From Verrucomicrobiota bacterium (GTDB taxonomy: Bacteria > Verrucomicrobiota > Verrucomicrobiia > Limisphaerales > SXQI01), in NCBI GenBank assembly GCA_033762115.1, contig JANRLX010000059.1:1-19926 (forward strand): 19,926 nt of DNA, in the 5' to 3' direction. A program made the position numbers and the translations under genes. Each line of letters begins with the position of its first letter. Within the stretch, counting starts at the first letter, position 1. Shown one piece after another: positions 9,136 through 16,188 of the stretch. The notes beneath the pieces are model-generated. The model made no database searches. It was given only the letters and a program-made list of their open reading frames with translations, and was not told the DNA's origin.

Positions 9136-9492
9136 ATGGCCCATTCCAAATCCCAGGCTCATCTGAATTGGATTGCATGGTTCACCTTCGCCCTTTTGCT
9201 GGGCGGAACCCTCTTCCTCGCCATCCGCTCCAAACCGCGCGTCACCGCTTCCCGCAACAGTTGCATCAGCGTGCTTCGTCAGCTTGATGGAGCCATGGAG
9301 CAATGGGCTTTGGAGAATAAAAAACCTGCAGGTCATATCTTATCCAAAACAGAAGAGGAGGAAGTTTACCGCTACATCGCTGGTGGAAGAACCAGGGTCA
9401 TTTGTGAACAAGGCGGAACTTATACCATGCCGCCTGTAGGCTCACCGCCAACCTGCTCAATCAAAACGCACGTCCTCGCTTCTCCTCCATAG
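9136..9492 (+). CDS. Small pilin/pseudopilin-like protein with an N-terminal TM helix but no canonical prepilin cleavage motif
   Basis: ATG 9136 preferred over TTG 9121. TM helix WIAWFTFALLLGGTLFLAI, then RNSCISVLRQLDGAMEQWALENKK...CEQGGTY...PTCSIKTH, which resembles the globular part of verrucomicrobial type IV pilin-like proteins (recognised from memory). Confidence 0.7.
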   Translation: MAHSKSQAHLNWIAWFTFALLLGGTLFLAIRSKPRVTASRNSCISVLRQLDGAMEQWALENKKPAGHILSKTEEEEVYRYIAGGRTRVICEQGGTYTMPPVGSPPTCSIKTHVLASPP

Positions 9493-9514
9493 GTGACTTA
9501 AACCTCCACCTCCT

Positions 9515-9531
9515 CTGGCCTGAGTTTTGCT
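9515..9531 (+). promoter_or_regulatory. Putative sigma54 (RpoN) -24/-12 promoter for the large secreted protein gene
   Basis: CTGGCCTGAGTTTTGCT: GG at 9517-18, exactly 10 nt, GC at 9529-30. Close match to TGGCAC-N5-TTGCW, intergenic, correctly oriented, 83 nt before ATG 9615. Confidence 0.65.
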
Positions 9532-9614
9532 AATGGTGACGTTAATCTTATTTTGGGATGTGCGGTGAAACACCCACTTCTCAGTTTAAATTGAAATGAT
9601 AAAACAGAGTCATT

Positions 9615-12600
9615 ATGACAAGGAATCACTCCTCAGGTGCTTTACGATCGTTCCTCCTCATTTGCGTCCTTTTCACGCTCCTGCGCGGGGTGCGCGATAC
9701 TCACGCACTCAGCAATTGGCCTGACCTTACAAACACTGTCAGGTTCATTACTCCTACCAATGGAGAAAGCTTTTTGCATACTGAGAACATACCTATACGC
9801 ATCCGGGTTATTGGGCCCACCACTAATGTTCCGGTCAGGGTCATGGCCGGCCACACTTTCGTTGGCTGGGCAAGCCCGCCACTCATTACTGTCGTTTCCC
9901 GGACCAATGATTATTCACTCGTCTGGACAAATCCTCCCGTCGGTCCACACCTGCTGACGGTTCATGCGCCCAGCCTCGGCTGGCGGAATGAAACTACCGA
10001 TTCCGTTGCCATCAACGTTCACACCTCAACCCCGCCAGTCGGTTCCTTTTCTTTGACCTGCCTCCTCGGGCAGCAGCAGCGCATCCCCTATAGGGAAATT
10101 ACAGCTAAAAACTATAACTTTTCAGGACCGCTTGATTCTCAAACGCTCATTCCCGGGTTATTATTGGTCGGGTCGGGTTCCATCAGGTATACCGTCTACA
10201 ACCATGACATTCTCGAAGTGCCACTGAACGGCACCAACCGCGTCATGCATCTCCCATCCTCCCTCCCGCCACTAAGCTGGCCGACCAGCGCCGCTTATGA
10301 CGCTGAAAGAGACCGGGTGATCATCTCCAGTCTGGGGGGAGAAGGTTATTTTTATAGCTATAGTCCCACCAGCAATCGGTGGAGTGTCCTGGCGAGTCTT
10401 CAAAATCGTGACCTCGCTGCCATCACCTATCGTGCTGCCGACGACTCCATTTACGGAGTGTCCGCCAGCGGCTCCGATGGTGGAATTCCACTCCTTCATC
10501 GCTTTGATTCCGAGGGCAATCATTTAAACACCCGCTCCTTCCCGCGGATTCCCTTCGGCTTGTTTTTTGGAAATTATAATGCGGTCCTGACTTCCACCGG
10601 TGACTACATCGTGCTGTTGCTTGAAGCAAAAAATCATCTTTCCAGCCAGCAGGATGCTGAGTCCCGTATTTATGTGATGAACCTCCAAACCGGCGAAACT
10701 CATCTGACCTATCGCAAAATCTGGGAGCAATGGCCCCTTCCACCCGAGCCTCATCGTCCCCTTGTCCAATTCACAAGCCCGTGGACGAACACAAACCTCC
10801 TTGCAGGCAGCACTCTGCGCCTAATGGTTCAGGTCACCGATCCATTGCACAGCATCGCTGAAGTGAACTTTATGGCCAATGGACAGACCATCGGCTACGC
10901 CCCTTATCCCGTGACCGCCAATTTCTACAGTTACCACTGGTCCAACCTTGTCGCGGGGACTTATGCCGTTAGCGCCAATGCCATCGATAACGCCGGAAAT
11001 ATCGGTGTCTCTCAAACAATCATTGTCACTGTCACCAACATGCCTCCACCGCCACCCGTGCCCACCAATACCCTCTTTCAGATCTATCATTGGGTGCAGG
11101 CACATCCTGGGTCGAGCAATGGTACACTTCTCACTGCTGATTGGACGATTGATGGACCTGCCCGGCCCGGCTCCCTCCTTCCGGGGATTCTCGCTGTTTC
11201 TGATCATGACGAGAATTATTACGCCGCAGGCTGGCACACAATCTGGGAAATTGACATGGATGGAACAGGACGCGAACTCCACGTCCCTTCCAACCTTCCT
11301 GAACTGAGCTGGCCCATGGGCGTGGCTTACGATACCTCTCGTGACCGGGTCGTGGTCGCTTCACTTGGCGGCGAAGGATACCTGTATGCCTATAGTCCCT
11401 TAAGCAACTCATGGACACTCCTGGCGAGCATGGAAAACCGGGACATCGACAATCTCGTGCACCACCCGCAGGACGACCATTTTTATGGAGTTGAAATCGG
11501 GGCCAATCGAATTCTCCGCTTCAACGCTAACGGTATCAAAGATGGAGAGATCAACCTGCCACACATGCCAAACCTCAGCATGGGTGCCTCTGAATTGATT
11601 TCATACGGAAACAAGCTCCTCCTCATCCTGCAAACGCCAAATTTTCTCCCCCTCCCGGGCGCCATCCTGGCCGGTTCTGCTTATCTGATTGATCCTGCAA
11701 CCGGAGCTGTCGAATTAATCTATCACCAGCCCTCTTCCACCTTTAATATTCCTCCCACAGTCAACCTCGTCAGCCCCGCGCCCGGCACCGTCCTTAACCG
11801 TCTCCAGGCACTCGAACTCTCAGCCACTGCAACCGATGATCATGGAATTCATTCAGTGCAATTCTTCAATGGGCACAACCTGCTGACACCACCTTTGACC
11901 CGCGGCACAAATGGACTCTACGGGACAAACCTGGTTTACATGGCCCCTGGCCAATACCTCATCCGTGCCGTCGCACTCGATTCTCACGGCCTGGCCAGCA
12001 CTTCTTCACCGGTCACAGTTTCCATTTTCGGTGATCCGTTTCCTACCAACAGCCTGGGCTTTACACTTTTATTTCATAGGGACCTTGGCGTGGCTGAAGA
12101 TGGCCTCCCGCTCCTCGAGCGTCACTACACCTTGAACGGCCCGAGCAGTGGCAATCGCCTCCTCTGGGGCACTAGGCTCGTTTCAGATGGGACCGCGCAA
12201 AATTATTACGGGGTCAGGCACCGTCAACTCACCAAATTCGACAACACTAACCAACTCCTTCGTCCGTTTCCTCTTCCATCTCATTTGCCTCATACCGATT
12301 GGATCATGGATGTCACTTACGACCAATACCGCGATAGCTTGCTCGTCACCACGCTCGAAGGCACAGGCTATATCTATAATTACAATCTTCAGAGCAACCT
12401 GTGGTCAACACTCACGGCACTCGACGGCGTCGATTACGAGGCCCTTGTCCATCATCCCCATGATAACGTGCTCTATGGGTTTACTACCTATTACATGGAC
12501 GATACCCCACCAAAGGTTGTGCAACTCTTTCATGACGGCACGGTCAACCGTGAATATGAACTGCCCCACCTTCCATTCAAGGTTGGGCCCGGCTACCATC

Positions 12601-14189
12601 AGGCAGAGCTGGTGGCTTACAGTGATAAAGTCGTCCTGCTGATCGAGCCGGAAAACCCCGAGACACATCATGAAAATGTTAGTGAAAGCCGCATGTATGT
12701 CATCCAGCCTGATTTTCCTTATTCTGTTGAACTGACCTATCGCAAAATCTGGACTAACAATCCACCGCTTCCGAGGGTACCACTTGTCAAAATTGTTTCA
12801 CCACTTAATGGTTCCACCAACAACGGCGCCTCCGTTCGTCTGGTTGCCGAAGCCACCGATGATGAGCAGGTCGTTTCAGTTGGTTTCTACAATGGCGGCA
12901 CCTTGATCGGCACGGCTGAACACACTCAATCAAATCGTTACGAATTTGTCTGGCAGGTCCCCGCTGCCGGTATCTACGCTGTCACAGCGCGTGCGCGCGA
13001 CAATGACAACCTGCAAAGTTCTTCGACTCTGGTTCAGTTTAGGGTCATCATTCCGCCTGTAGGCGCCCGCCGCGATCTCCCCCCTGCTTATCACCCGGCC
13101 ATTCCCTTTGAGGTCAAACTCCTCGTGCAACCACGACTTTCAGGCCACGCTTATGCTCTCGAAGACCGTCCCCCCATTGGCTGGACCGTTTCCGAAATTT
13201 CTGATGGTGGTGAATACGATGCCCTGAACCGTAAAGTAAAGTGGGGACCATTCTTTGGAACGGAATCACGGACACTTACCTACATCGTGACCCCGCCCGC
13301 CCTTGCCCACGGTTTGCAATCATTCACTGGAATGGTCTCAACCGATGGACATCAGCAGGGCATCACCGGCGACCTCACCATCAACTCCGTTCCAGCACGC
13401 CATCCAGCCGATCGACAGCCTGCGGATAATCGGATTACAATCAACGAACTGACCGATTACGCGGCCGCATGGAAAAACGATGAAACCTGGCCGCTCCTTC
13501 CCAACCCGATCCCACTTTCCTATGTGACCGCCGCAAGCTTCATTTGGAAAAATGGAGAAACCTACACCTTCCTGCCCACAGCCGGCCCCGCCCCTCACCT
13601 CTGGGTGCCCACCAACTCTCCCGTAGCCCGGATGGCTTTCGCCCAAAGCACTGCCACCCGTTCTATTACCATGAATCAGGATGGAACTCTTGACGTCACG
13701 CTTCAGCTTCACCCCGCCACTGGTGTGACTGCATATGCCGTTGAAGAGGAACTCCCTCCTGGCGCGACCCTCATGGGCCTTCCTGCTTCCAATGGCACCA
13801 TTACCGGCAACAAAATCAAGTTCGGCCCCTTCTTCGATGCCCAGCCTCGCACGCTCTCTTACACCATTCAAACTGACAACCGTGATGCGGCTCTCCCGCT
13901 TTTCGGTAAAGTTTCCTTTGACGGTTCGGATGACTTGATCGGCGGCCAGCAACTCCTCTCCATTGAAAATGCATTGCGCATCGAGCGCGGCGTGGGAGGT
14001 CAACTGCTCCTCCGCTTCACCGCCTTGCCAAACCAGAACCTCGAAGTGCAGTTTACCGAGGATTTCGCGGGAGAATGGACCACCATCGACACAATTAACT
14101 CAGGGACAGGGCAGGGCGCAATTGCACTTCCTACCTTTGGAGCGAATCACACCTGCCGCTTCTACCGCATCAAACCGGCCGCCCCGTAA
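9615..14189 (+). CDS. Large secreted modular surface protein: 4 bacterial Ig-like domains alternating with 3 beta-propeller-like repeats, then a duplicated beta-sandwich (cohesin-like) pair flanking a dockerin/EF-hand-like motif, then a C-terminal FYR domain
   Basis: 1524 aa with a signal peptide. Ig-like units (P.V.i.sP..g...V.F.....G.Y...A.A.D) near 9735, 10758, 11751 and 12780. Internal repeats are visible by eye. Pro-rich linkers. Ends ...EVQFTEDFAGEW...RFYRIKPAAP. Fold names are inferred. Confidence 0.8.
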   Translation: MTRNHSSGALRSFLLICVLFTLLRGVRDTHALSNWPDLTNTVRFITPTNGESFLHTENIPIRIRVIGPTTNVPVRVMAGHTFVGWASPPLITVVSRTNDYSLVWTNPPVGPHLLTVHAPSLGWRNETTDSVAINVHTSTPPVGSFSLTCLLGQQQRIPYREITAKNYNFSGPLDSQTLIPGLLLVGSGSIRYTVYNHDILEVPLNGTNRVMHLPSSLPPLSWPTSAAYDAERDRVIISSLGGEGYFYSYSPTSNRWSVLASLQNRDLAAITYRAADDSIYGVSASGSDGGIPLLHRFDSEGNHLNTRSFPRIPFGLFFGNYNAVLTSTGDYIVLLLEAKNHLSSQQDAESRIYVMNLQTGETHLTYRKIWEQWPLPPEPHRPLVQFTSPWTNTNLLAGSTLRLMVQVTDPLHSIAEVNFMANGQTIGYAPYPVTANFYSYHWSNLVAGTYAVSANAIDNAGNIGVSQTIIVTVTNMPPPPPVPTNTLFQIYHWVQAHPGSSNGTLLTADWTIDGPARPGSLLPGILAVSDHDENYYAAGWHTIWEIDMDGTGRELHVPSNLPELSWPMGVAYDTSRDRVVVASLGGEGYLYAYSPLSNSWTLLASMENRDIDNLVHHPQDDHFYGVEIGANRILRFNANGIKDGEINLPHMPNLSMGASELISYGNKLLLILQTPNFLPLPGAILAGSAYLIDPATGAVELIYHQPSSTFNIPPTVNLVSPAPGTVLNRLQALELSATATDDHGIHSVQFFNGHNLLTPPLTRGTNGLYGTNLVYMAPGQYLIRAVALDSHGLASTSSPVTVSIFGDPFPTNSLGFTLLFHRDLGVAEDGLPLLERHYTLNGPSSGNRLLWGTRLVSDGTAQNYYGVRHRQLTKFDNTNQLLRPFPLPSHLPHTDWIMDVTYDQYRDSLLVTTLEGTGYIYNYNLQSNLWSTLTALDGVDYEALVHHPHDNVLYGFTTYYMDDTPPKVVQLFHDGTVNREYELPHLPFKVGPGYHQAELVAYSDKVVLLIEPENPETHHENVSESRMYVIQPDFPYSVELTYRKIWTNNPPLPRVPLVKIVSPLNGSTNNGASVRLVAEATDDEQVVSVGFYNGGTLIGTAEHTQSNRYEFVWQVPAAGIYAVTARARDNDNLQSSSTLVQFRVIIPPVGARRDLPPAYHPAIPFEVKLLVQPRLSGHAYALEDRPPIGWTVSEISDGGEYDALNRKVKWGPFFGTESRTLTYIVTPPALAHGLQSFTGMVSTDGHQQGITGDLTINSVPARHPADRQPADNRITINELTDYAAAWKNDETWPLLPNPIPLSYVTAASFIWKNGETYTFLPTAGPAPHLWVPTNSPVARMAFAQSTATRSITMNQDGTLDVTLQLHPATGVTAYAVEEELPPGATLMGLPASNGTITGNKIKFGPFFDAQPRTLSYTIQTDNRDAALPLFGKVSFDGSDDLIGGQQLLSIENALRIERGVGGQLLLRFTALPNQNLEVQFTEDFAGEWTTIDTINSGTGQGAIALPTFGANHTCRFYRIKPAAP
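10263..12480 (+). repeat. Three diverged intragenic domain repeats with cores at 10263, 11295 and 12285 (periods 1032 and 990 nt)
   Basis: LPPLSWPTSAAYDAERDRVIISSLGGEGYFYSY / LPELSWPMGVAYDTSRDRVVVASLGGEGYLYAY / LPHTDWIMDVTYDQYRDSLLVTTLEGTGYIYNY. Confidence 0.92.
10704..12752 (+). repeat. Perfect 21-nt direct repeat CTGACCTATCGCAAAATCTGG at 10704-10724 and 12732-12752
   Basis: Identical sequences read directly. Both encode LTYRKIW in the same frame, 2028 nt apart. Confidence 0.95.
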
Positions 14190-14203
14190 CCTTGCTTATT
14201 TAC

Positions 14204-14234
14204 ACGGAAAGCCGCGGGATGCGGCTTTCCGTTT
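14204..14234 (+). terminator. Perfect 12-bp hairpin after the large protein gene; probable terminator or 3' stabilising stem
   Basis: ACGGAAAGCCGC-gggat-GCGGCTTTCCGT, 14 nt after the TAA at 14189. The U-tract is weak (GTTT), so efficiency is uncertain. Confidence 0.6.
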
Positions 14235-14247
14235 CCCCATGATGAAG

Positions 14248-14275
14248 TTGAAACCATTCCTCGTACGCGTACAAT
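14248..14275 (+). promoter_or_regulatory. Putative sigma70 promoter giving a probable leaderless transcript for the DUF3299-methyltransferase pair
   Basis: TTGAAA (14248-53), 16 nt, TACAAT (14270-75). The GTG start at 14282 lies 7 nt after the -10 end, where transcription would start, and there is no Shine-Dalgarno sequence. Confidence 0.55.
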
Positions 14276-14281
14276 GGTCAG

Positions 14282-14923
14282 GTGAAGTCCGGTTCCATTG
14301 TCTGGTTAAAATCCGCCCTTATCGCTCTCCTCGCGCTGATCGCCTTCAGCTTCCTGCGACAGGAACGGCAACCCAATTTTCTTCCCGCCGGTACCTCCCT
14401 CGATCAAATCAAAGGCAAACCGATTCGTTCCACCAATCTCCTCGCTGTCACCACTCCTGTCCCCGCCACAACCAATCGCACCAACTATCTTTCTGCTCCC
14501 TTGCAGCTCAGGGATGGATATTTCATCGTCGGCTTCGAACGCCTTGCCGCCTACCCTTTTGAAGTCCCCACCGAGAACGGCCCATCCACCAACGCCAACG
14601 AAGCGGTCACCAGGCAAATCCCTGAACCCATTCGCAAGCTCGATGGAAAATCCGTCGCCGTCCGGGGATTCATGCTCCCCCTCAAAGTCGAGGGAGGACT
14701 GGTCACCGAACTTCTCCTCATGCGCGACCAGTCCCTCTGCTGTTATGGCGCTCAGCCAAAAATGAATGAATGGATCTCCGTCAAAATGGAAAAGCAAGGC
14801 GTCAAAGCCGTCATGGATGAGCCAATCACCATCACCGGCAAACTTCAGGTTGGCGAAATGCGCGACAATGGCTGGCTTGTCGCAATTTACAAAATGGATG
14901 GCCATTCGCTGCTCGAAAAATGA
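14282..14923 (+). CDS. DUF3299 domain-containing exported protein (OB-fold-like, CC motif)
   Basis: N-terminal TM/signal segment and low-complexity linker, then LDGKSVAVRGFMLPL...ELLLMRDQSLCCYGAQPKMNEWISV...PITITGKL...IYKM, typical of DUF3299. Confidence 0.8.
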   Translation: MKSGSIVWLKSALIALLALIAFSFLRQERQPNFLPAGTSLDQIKGKPIRSTNLLAVTTPVPATTNRTNYLSAPLQLRDGYFIVGFERLAAYPFEVPTENGPSTNANEAVTRQIPEPIRKLDGKSVAVRGFMLPLKVEGGLVTELLLMRDQSLCCYGAQPKMNEWISVKMEKQGVKAVMDEPITITGKLQVGEMRDNGWLVAIYKMDGHSLLEK

Positions 14924-16188
14924 TCACTTCCCGGGCCGCGCCTCTCGAAGCCTCCACCATCACCCAACCGCTCGATCTCCAGCAATTCAAGGACTATCTC
15001 GCTGACTTTCGCGAATTCGGCGAACCGACCAGAATCGAACACTTAAACTCTCCCGCGGGCTCCATCCCCGTTTTCATCAATGAATTCTGGACCTCACGCC
15101 AACGCGCTGCCTGCTCGCTCCATGAAGTTTCCTACCGCGCCTGCTTCAAACCCCAGCTGCCACGCTTTTTCATCGAACGCTTAACAACCCCGGGCGAAAT
15201 TGTTTACGACCCGTTCATGGGCCGCGGCACAACCCTCATTGAAGCCGCCTTGCTCCGCCGCGTCCCCTTTGGCTGTGACATCAACCCGCTCAGCCAGATT
15301 TTTGCCGGGGCTCGCCTTCACCCGCCCACACTCACCCACATTCAGCAGCGGCTTGAGGAAATTTCATTCAACCGGCCCTGCACAGGGCCGCCGGAACTCC
15401 TGGCCTTTTATCACCCTGCAACTCTCCAGCAGATCAACGCCCTCCGCCATTACTTCATGGAACGGGAACGAACAGGAACAATCGACTACGTGGACCGTTG
15501 GATTCAAATGGTGGCCACCAATCGCTTGACCGGCCATTCCACCGGCTTTTTCTCCGTTTATACCCTTCCGCCCAATCAGGCAGTCAGCGTCAAATCTCAA
15601 ATCAAAATCAACGCCACCCGCCGCCAGGTCCCGCCTCCACGCGATGTCCCTAAAATTATTTTAAAAAAATCCAGGCAACTCCTTTCCAAACTCACCCCGC
15701 AAAATTTGGCTTCGCTTCGTCGTGTCGCGGAGGATCGCTTGTTAATCACCGGCTTCTCCTCAGCCACGCCTCAAATCAAAAACTCCACCATTTCTCTCGT
15801 GGTGACCTCACCCCCGTTTCTCGACATCGTCGATTATCGCGCTGACAACTGGCTCCGCTGCTGGTTTCTCGGGATTGATCCCGCCGCAGTCCAGGTCACC
15901 ACTCCCAGGAGCGTTGACCAGTGGCAGGCTGGCATGACCACCACGTTTTCCGAATTGAACAGAGTCTTGCGCCGAGGCGGGCAGGTCGCTTTCGAAGTCG
16001 GGGAAGTGCGCAAGGGCACAGTCAGGCTCGAGGAAGTCGCCCTCAAGGCCGGGTTGGACGCCGGGTTGCAACCAGCCTTCATTCTCATCAACGCACAGCA
16101 ATTCACCAAAACCGCCAATTGCTGGGGAATCAGCAACAATTCAAAAGGCACCAACAGCAACCGGATCGTGCTCTTCTCAAAAAAATGA
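14920..16188 (+). CDS. Orphan N4/N6 amino-DNA methyltransferase (motif I before motif IV; SPPF suggests m4C)
   Basis: SAM-binding motif I VYDPFMGRGTT, GCDINP, catalytic motif IV LVVTSPPF, then ELNRVLRRGG. ATGA overlap with the DUF3299 gene at 14920-14923. No endonuclease gene is adjacent. Confidence 0.85.
   Translation: MITSRAAPLEASTITQPLDLQQFKDYLADFREFGEPTRIEHLNSPAGSIPVFINEFWTSRQRAACSLHEVSYRACFKPQLPRFFIERLTTPGEIVYDPFMGRGTTLIEAALLRRVPFGCDINPLSQIFAGARLHPPTLTHIQQRLEEISFNRPCTGPPELLAFYHPATLQQINALRHYFMERERTGTIDYVDRWIQMVATNRLTGHSTGFFSVYTLPPNQAVSVKSQIKINATRRQVPPPRDVPKIILKKSRQLLSKLTPQNLASLRRVAEDRLLITGFSSATPQIKNSTISLVVTSPPFLDIVDYRADNWLRCWFLGIDPAAVQVTTPRSVDQWQAGMTTTFSELNRVLRRGGQVAFEVGEVRKGTVRLEEVALKAGLDAGLQPAFILINAQQFTKTANCWGISNNSKGTNSNRIVLFSKK

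Noticed and set aside
9554..9576. Weak stem TGGGATGT...ACACCCA / GGTG-AAA-CACC in the leader of the large gene, as a possible riboswitch
   Set aside because: It is too short and imperfect, and I recognise no aptamer consensus. An Rfam/Infernal scan would settle it.
13338..14905. Minus-strand ORFs 13338..14003 and 14306..14905 and plus-strand ORF 13963..14562
   Set aside because: They are shadow or off-frame ORFs over clear genes. 13963..14562 also crosses a hairpin and promoter region.
14920..16188. Restriction-modification or defence island
   Set aside because: There is no endonuclease, specificity subunit or other defence gene nearby. The neighbours are envelope, regulatory and housekeeping genes.
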